Source: Cenococcum geophilum
Taxonomy: Eukaryota
Reading direction: 5' to 3'
Assembly (NCBI GenBank): GCA_050273025.1
Contig: CP158636.1
Coordinates: 7,812,001 to 7,876,000, forward strand
Length of the DNA: 64,000 nucleotides
The notes under the pieces were generated by a model. It did no database searches, was not told the origin of the DNA, and saw only the letters and a program-made list of their open reading frames with translations. A program made the position numbers and the translations under genes. Shown here piece by piece: positions 52,441-64,000 of this stretch (its first letter is position 1; each line of letters begins with the position of its first letter).

Positions 52441-55400
52441 TTTCAGCCAGGCAGGTATCACAATAGATGACATAGGCCAGCTGATAGGTAGAGACACAGA
52501 ATTGAATAAGTGATCTGTTCTATTCAAGGTGGCTTTAAGAGCCCTAATATATATAAGAGAATTGACCCCCTACAGGGGTCCCTAGAGAGTGATAATATAT
52601 ATTAAAAACTAACGTCGAACAGCACCCGTCGCACCTCTGTAGTAGGGCTACCTCCATAGCTAACACACCCCCTCAGATCTAGCGTAGTACGTTAGAGCTA
52701 GATTACCGGATTAGGCAGTTAGGAGAGACGTGCTAGTGGTAAGCTTTGCCGAGCGTTAATTAACCAGATATCTAATATCGCGGAGCCCCTACCACATTAA
52801 CGAATTTTTAATAATTTTACTTTGATAGAGCTTTAGTTAGTTTATTTGCAGCTATTTTACTTATTAGTACCCATTATATAATAAAGCTTCTGTTTTAGAC
52901 TTCTTAGCAAAGCTAGAATTAATAGATATCTATATATTAGAGTTTTATAGATACCGTAGGGGTTTCTTTTGTCACGATCCGTACTAACTACTAATTATTA
53001 TAATTAATAATAACGTCCTGTTTGGGATTGAATCTAATAGCTTTAAAGATCTAAACTATATACTTAACCTCCCTACTAACGTATAAGAGAGCTAGGAGTT
53101 CTGCCTCTATAGTAAACTTAATAACTACCTTTTATTTAGTTACCTATTATACTATAGGCCTATTAAATAAGCTTATTAAGAAGCCCTGTAAGCTCTAATA
53201 TATTAAAATATTATTAGCAAAGCTAGTATTAGAAGCAGCTTTTAGAACCTAGTTTATCTTATATAGCGTAATAGTAAAGAACTTAAGAGCGAGGTATCTG
53301 GTATTATAAAGATAAGTAAGTAATCTATTAATCTCTACAAAATAAGCTGGTGACAGATTTTATAAGAACTTAGCCAGCCTACTAACTAAGAAAGCAACGT
53401 CTAGTTATATAGTAGATGCTAAATATATTATAGAACCTATATAACGTTAATATCCTTTTGTCTAATTCGGCGTAGCTTCTCCCTTATACGGCGTTAATTC
53501 CTAGCCCAATAGTAGTGTAGCTAATAACTTTAGATATTCTAAATAGTATATTAAGACTAGCTTCTTAAAATATTAATCTAAATAGAGCTAGAGCTTTCCC
53601 TTTTATTAATCTCGCATAATATAAGTATTTAGGAATAACGTAAACTAAGGTATTTGGCGGATCTTAAATCAATCTTATAGCTACTTTAGGATATCCTCTA
53701 TCTACTATTAACAGCTTAGGTGTTTTATAATTAGGATATTATCGACATAAAAGAATATAAAAATAGGTTTAGTGGGGTATATATAGAGACACAGCTTATC
53801 TAATATAGCTTTTAAACCTATACTTTACAGAGCAGCAGACATTTCTAAAAACCACAATTTTAGAGATTTCCATAGTCTATATATTGCCTTTTTTAGACGG
53901 AGAGAGAATCTAGGCGGTAGGTCTATACCCTTAGGGGGAATAAGGTAGACCTTATTATTAACTAAGGCATTAATAAAGGCGTTAATCTATATAACATCTA
54001 GGTTAAAGCCAGCAATAAGAGCGTAAAGTAGATGGAAGGTTTAATAGGCTACTGTTATAGCTTTGACCTCCTCTTATAAGACTGCCTAAAGGTCTCTATA
54101 GATAACTAAATAAGCCTTAAATCTTATAATAAAGCCATTTAAATCTTCCTTATACGTAAAGACCTATATAGTAGGAAGTTAATAGACCTTTTTAATTAGT
54201 TATACCTCGTCCCAGGTTTACTTTCCAGTTAAGGCCTTTATCTTAGTATAAGCAGCTACTTTAAACTCTATAGCGTACTTATAATTAAGCATCTCTTTCC
54301 ATAACCCTAGTAGTGGTGGAAAGTTATCTTAATATCCGTACGTCTTTATAGCAGTAGTATAGAAAGCATAAGCCAATAGTGTTATATCTAGATTAATAAT
54401 ATCACCGTCATTAATTTAAACTGCAAAGGCTCATCATCGTAGATCTTAATTTAGCATATCTTTCTTCTTTACCGTAAACCGCTTTTTACGGCTAAAATAT
54501 CTCTTACCCCTTAATAATAAGCCTACTGTTGTTTAAGGTTTAGAATAAGGTATAGGATCTATAAACAGTAGTTTAGTAACTTTAGAAGATAACTAAGTGG
54601 TAGATAGTATCTGTGGCGTAGATGCTATAGTAAATAGTAATTACTAAGGCGCTAAAGACGCTAATAGTATAGACGGTTCTAGAGTTAGCTTTAGGGTAGG
54701 TAGCTAACGAAGTTCTTCTATTAAGATCTAAATGCTTTTTAATATAGGAGTAACGTCAATATTTACTAAATGCGGCAGTCTTATATCTAGTTCTTTATTA
54801 AAGTTCTCCATCTAGTCCTTACTGCCATCTTAAAGATTATCTAGTAGGTCCTGAACTTATTAAAAACGATCTTTTTAAGCCTATAAGATAATAAGGTGTT
54901 TTAGTATAGTGGGAGATTAATATCTCTTTAACTTATTAATTCGTATATTACAAGATCGGATAATACGATTAGTGGTTAATATCCATATCCTATAGATATT
55001 TAACGCTTCTATACTAATAAGATAACCTACCTAGGCTTATAGTTTAAACTTTGCCTTCTTAGAAATGCTGTATTTAATAAGTATATAGATTAAAGATCCA
55101 GCTATATAAAGTCCTACTAGCCATAACTTCTATTTATAAAGCATCTTAAATAGGGTCTTCTAGTTAATAGACTTAATAGGAGTTTAATTAAGTAGGAACA
55201 CTGCTAAAAGTATAAACTCGGGCCATAGATCTACGGGTAACTTTACTTTAATAACAGCAGTCCTTACTTATTTAGAAATAGCTCTCCTTAACCTCTCTAT
55301 AGGTCTATTTTAAGCTAAGGTATATAGCGTTAATTGCTTAATAATACCTCCGTTAAGTTAAATGAGGTTTTTTACCCTAGCCCCTATACCTTACTCCTTA

Positions 55401-57752
55401 TCTATATACTAAATATAGATACCTTAAGCATCTAATTTCTTTATAAATACTATTATCAATTTAAAGAGTAGGAGTAGTATCTCTTACTTATAGTTCTTAA
55501 TAGGAAAAGCATAATAGTACTTTATATAGTTATACCAAAAGTAAGCTATATATATATCTCCATTAAACCCATCTTCCTCTATAATAACATTAAAGTAAAT
55601 ACGTTTAAAAGGGTAAGTTCCCTTTACGGATATTCTACAAAATGTCTGCTATGTTATCTTTTTAAGAACATATAGTTTATAAAGTGGTATACTATATAGA
55701 GTTCTTTCTCTATCTGTCTTAACCACTTTAACCCTATTTAACATAGTTAGTAGATAATCCACTAACTCCATATTACAGTATAGTAAGCGTTAATACCATA
55801 CTTTATTATATACTAAGGTCTTAAAGAATTTAGTAAATATAGCGTAGGTAGTAGAAGTAGGTAGTAAGTAGGCGATAGCATTAATAAGGTAGAGACCTCC
55901 GTATTCTATAAGGTTACTAAATAAGCTTCCATTATCTTTATAGCGCAGATAGTTTATAAATTAGTTAATAATTACTCTAACCCTATAGAGCTTTGCTGCG
56001 GATATTAGATTAGTATAAAAATAAGGAGTGTACGCTACGTTCATTAATATCAGATACTAAGTTAGGCGTTATTTTCCCACCTTAATTGCTAAGTTAATAT
56101 TACCATATCTATAGATTTCTGCCCTAGAATCTCTAGCTGTTGCTATAGATATACTTAGCTTAAAGTTACGGAAGTATCTAATATCGTTACAAAAGTAGGT
56201 ATCTACTATAGTATTATACCCCTAGGTATTAATTAAAGATAGATCTAGATAATCCTACAATAATGTTAATAATAAAAAGGATATTGTTATAGCAGCCGCT
56301 ATAGCTCGGGGCCTATCTAGATCCTTAATCTTTTTAGTAGTAAACGAAGCTAATATAGACGTCCTTAACCTAGGGCCTTCCCTCTTAATCTGCTTAACCC
56401 TTTTATTATAATACTACTTATTTATTAGAACCTTAAGCCATTCCTAACACCTCCTTAGACACTTATTATTTAGTATAAAGTTCGGACCTTAAAAAGACTA
56501 AAATAGTTACTTATAATTCTTTAACTTATAGGGTAAACCATAAGCAAAGCACTTTGCCTTAGGTAATTAAGAAGGTACTAGGGTAGTAGATATTATAGGA
56601 TCTGCAGATAGCTGCCCTAAGAGTATAGCATGGGCGTTACGTCCCGTATTCAGATGCTTATAGAGGAGGTTAAATTCCTTAATTATTGTCGCCATTTTAA
56701 GCTTCTCTAACCTCTTTACTACCTTTTAAATAAAGGTATAATATAGAGCTAGATAGATCTCCTTATAGTTCTAAATAAAGGCTTATATAATACTGCCTTC
56801 TATTACCTCTATTAACCCTTCCTCTAGCTCTTTACCGTTCTATATAATAGTAATATAAAGCTAAAGCTAAGATTCTAAAGTCTAACGTTTAGGCCTTTAT
56901 TTCCGTTTCTTAAGATTATCTAATACTATTTGCTGTAATATAGCTTAAGATAGCTTTACTACCTTTTTTAGCTGCCTTAAAATCAAATATGGTATAGTAA
57001 GGTTTTTAAGATATTTTAAGAAGTTGGTACCTATAGTAGCATATAATAGTACTGCAAAGGTATAAAGCTTCTCTTCCCGCTTTATATAGTCTTATTATTA
57101 GAGCTTATAGAGCTTAAAGAGCATTCTCTATATCTCTAGAGACTGCTAAATTTATTATCCTTATTAACTTAATAACCCAGGTATAGCTGTTCTAGTAGAC
57201 GATAGAGTTGCTATTAAAGCTACTACAGGTGTTATAGAAGCTGCTACTAGTGCTATAGGAGCTGCTAGAGCTATTACGGGTGCTGCAAAAGCTGCTAGAG
57301 CTGTTGTAGGTGCTATAGAAGCTGCTGCTATCGAGGGTATATTTAGCTTAGTGTTTTCCTTAATTTTATCTTCCGTTTTATCTAGGTCGACATAGTCCCA
57401 AATCTTTACAAAACTTGCTTCTTAGCGGATAAATTAAAACTATAAAGGCTAGTCCTTTTATATCAGCAAAAGAGGATTAGTAGAGTCCGTTGTTATAAAT
57501 ACTATAGTAGCTTTTATTATTTTCTTAAGGTTATGTAAAGAGACGCGCTTACGCGTAAAGCACGCAATATTTCATAACAAACTATACTTAAAGAGGCTTA
57601 GTGGTATTCGTCTGGCCACTAAGATCTCCTTAGTGCTTAGAAGGTTACTAGGCTTATAACTTTTAGCTAGGTAGGTATTATAATAGATAATATAGGCTAG
57701 CTAATAGGTAGAGATATAGAATTAAATGAGTAATCTATTCTATTTAAGGTGG
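52441..57752 (-). mobile_element. Ty1/Copia retrotransposon (Copia-C); 5' LTR interrupted by Copia-D
   Basis: 3' LTR 52441-52665 with PPT (CACCCCCTCAG on +) at 52666; partial 5' LTR 57661-57752 matching 52441-52532; PBS-like GTTATAAGCC on minus at 57651-57660; protease ~56210, integrase ~55800-55000, RT YVDD ~53745. Confidence 0.9.
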
Positions 57753-60700
57753 TGACGATAGTACTAGAAGAGTCCTCTATATGCGTTTCCTGCTTATATA
57801 AGTAGAGTTCCTTCTTATTCGGTCTCTGCAGCAACTACTTTAGTATCCATAGCAGTTACCCTAGACCCCGTAGATATAGGCCTATATTAAGGCCTATATT
57901 CCTTATAGATAGATTCTATAGCTTTATTTATTTATTTAATATTATTTAGTTTATTAGGTTATAAGCACTTGTTACTACTAAGCTATAACGTTAGAAGATT
58001 GACACCTTACTATAGGTTGCATTAAGGGTTACTACACCCGTGCTAGGTTATTTCTTACTACTCTGTATTATTTCTTATTATTAAATTTACGCGTTAAGTT
58101 CGTGTATTTACGTGTTAAATCCTTTTATTTATATGTCGCTATGGGTAAAGACTATCTGGGCATTTAACGCCTTAAGAAAGACGGTTTAAATTGGACCTAA
58201 TATTGGACGCAGCTTAGCACATACCTACGTGGTGAGGGCCTTTTATATATTATTTAGGAAGATACGGGCCCACCCCTCTACCTAAAGCTCTAGGAAGAAA
58301 AGCCTATAATATCTATTAATTGAGTACCAAAGGACGCTAATAAGGAGGAGCGAGATAAGATCCTTAAGAGGTCTTAAATTATTATAGATACTAATAATTT
58401 AATTCGCTCAGCTAATAAGGCACTCTCCTATAAGTATAATAAGGAGTTTAAAAAGTATAATAAGGAAGACGGTAAAGTCTATTTAGTTATCTTTAGTATA
58501 ATTAATAATAAGATCCTTACTGCCTTGGAATATAAGTAGACGGTAAAGGACTATATTAATTACCTTAAGCAGACGTTTAAGGCCCGTAGCTTAATTTATG
58601 AGGCTAACGTATAGGAGACTTTTATTAAGCTCCGCTTTTAATTAAACTAAGTAATTATTACTCTTTTAAGCCGTTACCAAGAAGCGGTTTAAGGAGTTAA
58701 GTAGGTAAAGCTTGCCCTAGATAATAAGATTATTAACTATTAATTTATTAACGCCGTTGACGAATACTTCCCTATATGGGCTTAAATCCAACGTAATAAG
58801 ATTCGCGACGGCTATATAATTATACTAGTCTAATTAATCGCTAACCTTACTAATGAGGCTTGGCAGAAGGACTTACTTAAGAGCTTCGCCTTAGTTAATA
58901 AGCCACTAGGTAACTCCGGTTAAGGACGCGGTAATAGCTATAGTGCCTTATTAGGCAATTAAGGCCCTACTAAGGATGCTTTAAATAAGTGTGGATGGTG
59001 TAAGCTAGGTTATTTAGGTGGCGAGGAAGACTGCTAGATAAAGTACGCCTACCTAAGGCCCGAATGGTGGAGACCTAGAGAAAGATAACCTCCGCGCTTA
59101 GGTAATGGAGCAGCCTTAATAACTACTAATAAGGCCTCTAAGGGGACATTTAATCGCCCCTTTTAGGCTACTAATTCGGTAACCAGATCGATCTTTGCTA
59201 TATAGGTTATTAGGCTAGCAGCTATAGCTTTAGGAACAAATATTAAGGACTCCTAGATAGCTAATAGTTGCTTAAATATTTATATAGGTAATAATATTAG
59301 GAAGTTTGTCTAGTATTAGGAAATTAAACCTATCTAAATCTAGACGGGAGGAGGCCTAATAAAGGCTATTGGCGTTGGATTAGTTAAGCTTATAGTCGCC
59401 TAAACTAACTACTTAGCCTATATAATTATATTTACCAAAGTATATTACTATCCTAACTTCTTTATAAATATTATCTCGCTTAGTGTTTTATAAGAAAAGG
59501 GAGTCTTTTTTAACGGTCTCTATAATACGATTAACTTCGTTAAAGATTGGGCAGAAATAGCCTATATCCTATATATTAACGGACTTAATTTGTTTATACT
59601 AGTAAACAACCCTACAGAGGTTCCTTTCGCAATGGCTTTAGCTACTACACGATCGCGCCTCTATAAGAAAGGCGTGCTTACTAAAGCTATTATAGAGACT
59701 TAGTATAAGAGACTATAACACCTTCCTTTTAACTAGATATGTTAATTGGCTAGAAGTATAAAGGGGATTATAGTTATTAAGGATAAGCCATTTTACTGCG
59801 AGGACTGTTACCTTAGAAAGGCCAAGAAGTAAATATTAAGACGCCCTTAACGACGCAGTAATCGCATATTTAAAAAGGTGCACGTTAATATAGTTAGGCT
59901 ATTAAAACACAAAGGTCTCCACGGAGAAAAGTACTGGGTACTATTTACTGATGACTGAATACGCTTTAAATAGATCTACTATATATTAAATAGAGGCTCT
60001 GCGGCCTCTACTTTAAAGTAGTTTGTCTATATGATTAAGACTTAAACAGAAATAACAATTAGCTGCTTCCGATTGGATGGAGCTGCTGAGTGGTTTAGTA
60101 AGGACTTAACCGATTTCTTTAAGAACGAAGGTATACTTACTAAGGTTCCTACCCTATATACCGCATACTAGAATAGAATAGTAAAGAAGGCTAACCACCT
60201 AATTAAAGAAAGGGTTAGGGTGATGTTGATTAAGACTTAATTGCTATTAAAGCTCTGGCCTAAAGTTGCTAAGGTAGCTGTATATAGGCTTAATATGTTG
60301 CCTATATTAGTTAATAAGGATAAAGCTTCGCCCGCTTAAGTAATGGCTCTCGCCCTAGGTAATACCAATTCTATAATTACGTACGCTAACTAGAAGATTT
60401 ATAGCTATCCTACCTACGTCTATATTAATGAAAAAGACCCTTAGCGGTAATAGGGTAATAAGTTTATTATAAGAGCTTAGAAAGGATAATTGGTTAGCTA
60501 TAAAGGTTTATATATATATCGCGTCTATCTACCTCATAAGAATAGGGTTGTTTAATTAAGCAGCGTTACCTTTAACAAATTAGGAACCTTTCTTACTACA
60601 CTAATTAGTGAGGAAGAAGGTGGCAACAGCAACATCTGCTGGGTACTACTTAAGGAACTTCCTACTAATAATACTGCACTATAGGTCTCTTAGTTACTAT

Positions 60701-61278
60701 AGGGAGAAGGTAAGATCTCTTAGTTACCGCAGGAAGGAACTAAGGCTACTTAATCACTATAGGAAGGAACTAAGGCTGCTCGGTTACTATAGGAGGCAGA
60801 TAAGGTCTCTTAGGCCTTATAGTTGGGGGGTAACTCTTAGTTAGGGGGTGCCTTTGGCGATTATAATATCGCACTGCAGCCTAATTGACCTCCCCTTACT
60901 GATGATAAATAGGTAGGCCTTAACTAGCAAGAGCTTCCTAATCTAGGAGGATACCTCTATTAGAAAGGGACTCCCCTAAGGGATATCTATTAGGAGGATT
61001 TGGAATAGATTCTAACTAAGTACTTAGATCAGGAACCTAAACCTATAGCGAATACTTATATACGGTTAAAACTATGGCTTAACTATAGCGTATTCTATAG
61101 AACTGGAAGGAAGGAGCTAGCTATAAAGGCCACCTACCTTACCCCGTCCTTTACCTATACGTTTATAAGTGCTCTATCGCAGCCTTAGTAGATAAGAATA
61201 ACTAAAGGACTACCTCCGGAACCTCGCAACTAGAAGGAAGCTATAAATTTAATATTTAAGAAGGAGTAGAAGGCTGCA
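57753..61278 (+). mobile_element. Ty1/Copia retrotransposon (Copia-D), 5' portion, broken at the start of RT
   Basis: LTR 57753-57956 (TGACGA...TTATTA, RIP of TCGTCA) followed by PBS-like GGTTATAAGC; gag ATG 58141; protease WIADSC ~59255; integrase ~59700-60560; PRNWKEA..KEWKAA ends at 61278; 30-bp repeats ~60680-60810. Confidence 0.87.
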
Positions 61279-61339
61279 CATTGGGAAAATATTCGCAGGA
61301 TGAGATTTAAGTAGACTTTGATTTTCGCGTTTCGCGTAA

Positions 61340-61670
61340 TTGACATGCAATTTGACCAACTTGACACGCAATTAACCAACTTGACACGTAATTGACCAAC
61401 TTGACACGCAATTCGACTAACTTAACATGCAATTGACCAACTTGACACGCAATTCGACCAACTTGATATGTAATTAACTAACTTGACAACTTTAAAAGCT
61501 AACTATATATTTCTTAACACGCAATTAACCTACTTGGTAACTTTAAAAGTTAAATAACACGCAGTTGACCTACTTAACAACTTTAAAAGCTAACTGCATG
61601 TTTCTTAACACGCAGTTAACCTACTTAGCAACTTTAAAAGGTAACTATATATTTCTTAACATGCAATTAA
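61340..61670. repeat. 20/21-bp tandem repeat (TTGACCAACTTGACACGCAA)n grading into 41-51-bp composite units
   Basis: About 7 short units at 61340-61490, then about 4 longer units containing CAACTTTAAAAG. Confidence 0.9.
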
Positions 61671-61759
61671 GGTAAAGTTATATGCTATATATTTAACTAT
61701 ATATATTATCTAATATAATCTTATACAATCTTATACAATCTTATATAGTCTTATTACTT

Positions 61760-62207
61760 AGAGGCTCTGCACGAGGCTCTGCACGAGGCTCTACACGAAG
61801 CTCTACACGAAGCTCTACACGAAGCTCTACACGAAGCTTTATACGAAGCTCTACACGAAGCTCTACACGAAGCTCTATACGAAGCTCTACACGAAGCTCT
61901 ATACGAAGCTCTACACGAAGCTCTACACGAAGCTCTGCGTACAGAGGCTCTGCACGAAGCTCTGCGCATAGAGGCTCTGCACGAAGCTCTGCACGAAGCT
62001 CTGCACGAAGCTCTGCACAAAGCTCTGCACGAAGCTCTGCACGAAGCTCTGTATGAAGCTCTGCACGAAGCTCTACGTATAGAGGCTCTGCACGAGGCTC
62101 TGCGCGAGGCTCTGCGTACGGAGGCTCTGCACGAAGCTCTGCACGAAGCTCTGTATAAGGCTCTGCGCGAAGCTCTGCGTACGGAGGCTCTACACGAAGC
62201 TCTGCAT
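61760..62207. repeat. 12-bp minisatellite (GAAGCTCTGCAC)n, array 3
   Basis: Same unit; shares the GCTCTGCGTACGGAG variant with array 2. Confidence 0.95.
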
Positions 62208-62311
62208 CGGGTCCCCGCTATATTCCCAATAGCCTCTACACGTGTCTCTGCCTATGTAGCCGCCTTATTTTTTACCCTTCCTTCCTTCCTTACATCCTCC
62301 CTACCTAGGGA

Positions 62312-64000
62312 TGTTGGAATTATAAGGTCATAAGGTCACAGCGGAGGTGTCTTGAGGGTCTAATTGATGATAGAGATGACGCAGACGATGAATTTTGATT
62401 GATTCGTGATGCAGTAGATGCGGTTGATGTCTATCTAGATTGCATGCAGAGCTTGACCTCGCAAGGTGTCCAGAGCTTAGTCAGCACCTCATCGCTAATT
62501 TCTAACACTCCCCCATGCTGACGACGCTCTCCTCGTCTGTCCCAAATAGGCAATAATAAAGCTATTCCCAAATACCTTATAAGTGCCATTTAGCCTACGT
62601 ATAGAGGGAAAACCTAGTAGGCGAAAAACCTCTGTCACTTGCTCCGTCAGTTATTAATTCCTAGCGTTACACAGTGCTTCGTAAATTGGTTAATTGGTAG
62701 CTGCTTTATAAGCATGTCTCCCGGCTGATCTTTGCCTGGTATATATACTACTTTAAGTTAATCTTACTAAACCATGTTATTTCGTACGAAGAGGTATCAA
62801 ATCTCGATATACTTGGCTTTTTGGTAGTATCTCGTATTATACAAAAGGTTAACTATACCCTTATTGTCACAGTAGAGCGTAAGGACAAAAGGGTCGTCGT
62901 TGTCTCTCTCCCCTAGATCTCTCGTTAGCTTCTTAAGCTATATTATTAACCTTACTCCTTCTAATGCTGCCATAATCTCTGCTTCTATTAAGCTTAATGC
63001 CGTTAACCTCTATCTTTAAGCTATCTAGATTACCGCTCCCCTATAGCGCATAACTGCTATACCTTAAAATAATATCCAATTATGTTCTGTTCCCTACGTA
63101 GCGTTAGTAAAGATACTATAGCTAGTAGGCAGGTTGGTCAACGTAAGCTTATATAGAGGTAGGTAAATCTCTTAATTTAAGTAGGTAATTCCTATTTTAA
63201 GAGTGCCGTTTAGATATTATAGTAGTTACTTACTTAAGCGGTAGTACGATTCTCCTAATGCTGCTATAAACCTAGCTAGCTAACTAACAGCATAGCTGGT
63301 ATTAGGACGCGTGTAGTTTAAGAGGTAGATTATAGAGCTAATAATCTATTAGTATACCGTCGCATTATCATACTTAAGGGGACTTTTAATATTAGGTTTC
63401 AGAATAGTACTAGCTAGTATCAGTAGCTTAGCTAGATTGCAGTTGTCTATTTTTAACTGTTTAAGTAGCTTCTTGGTATATATCGTCTAATATAGCTTAA
63501 GGGTTCGGTTTATATGGTCTTAATAGATTTAGAAGTCTATGAATACTTCTATAGGACCTAGGTCTTTATATCTCCATTCTCTTAAGATTCTTACCTTTGT
63601 AATATTAAGGTGTCTGTGCTTTCCTATAATTAGCATATTGTTAACAAATAATAAGATATACACTTTATTTCCTATAAAGAGATTAGGGTTAGCGTTAGCT
63701 GATATTAAACCTATGCTCTTAAAGAACTTCTTAACCATCTAAAACCATTCTCTTAGTGCCTACTTTAGGCCGTAAAGTGACTTATTTAGCTTTAAGTAAG
63801 CGTCTTTTACCTCCTTAAGGTTAGGCTCAAAGTCTCTTAATAGGTTAGGAATCTGTATATAAACTTGCTCTTATAACGGCGGGTTTAAGAACGCTATTTT
63901 AATATTAACGTGGTTAAGTTTAAGGTCTTTAGCTGCTACCTTTACTATTAGGAACCTAAAGGTGTTGTATTATATAATAGACGCAAACATCTTAAAATAA
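62312..64000 (-). mobile_element. Ty1/Copia retrotransposon (Copia-E), 3' part, runs off the window
   Basis: LTR 62312-62507 (TGTTGGAATTA...TAATTTCTAACA) with PPT (CTCCCCC on +) at 62508; RT LNKSLYGLKQAPREWF ~63790-63745, LFVDDML ~63645; RNase H AKYIEIRY, DQPGDMLTK ~62820-62710. Confidence 0.9.

Noticed and set aside
57185..57330. 27-bp GCT-rich repeats (also the 30-bp repeats at 60680-60810)
   Set aside because: Ordinary low-complexity linkers inside Copia gag and pol.
61340..61670. CRISPR-like appearance of short repeats
   Set aside because: Units are adjacent with no unique spacers, there are no cas genes, and the context is eukaryotic.
61266..62240. Apparent inverted similarity ATTGGGAA..TAT (61280) / TATTCCCAAT (62221) as a MITE
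   Set aside because: The match is short and gapped, there is no TSD, and Copia-D does not resume afterwards.
1..64000. Alternative genetic code or organellar origin suggested by in-frame TAA/TAG
   Set aside because: Stops fall at Gln, Trp and Arg positions and differ between paralogous copies by transitions, which is the RIP signature.

Overview
AT-rich, gene-free repeat block from a filamentous ascomycete (inferred). The pattern of TpA excess, CpA/TpG loss and TAA/TAG stops at Gln/Trp codons indicates repeat-induced point mutation (RIP). No intact host gene, rRNA, tRNA or CRISPR array is seen, and the supplied ORFs are transposon fragments or minisatellite read-throughs. The window is a stack of nested transposons, most delimited by eye through terminal repeats and target-site duplications (TSDs): two Ty3/Gypsy chromovirus copies, five Ty1/Copia elements, one solo LTR, one hAT, one Fot1/pogo-type element and five Tad1-like LINE pieces. 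Removing the insertions leaves a scaffold (about 1-52309) that looks like one large Academ-like DNA transposon relic. It has a DUF6589-type transposase, a palindromic terminus, 12-bp minisatellites, a 51-bp repeat and two tandem intron-containing Zn(II)2Cys6 genes. It is also peppered with a CGG-containing motif (GCGGATAT), including a CGG-N12-CCG palindrome upstream of the transposase. Protein motifs are quoted after mentally reversing RIP. Coordinates not anchored by a TSD or terminal repeat are approximate.
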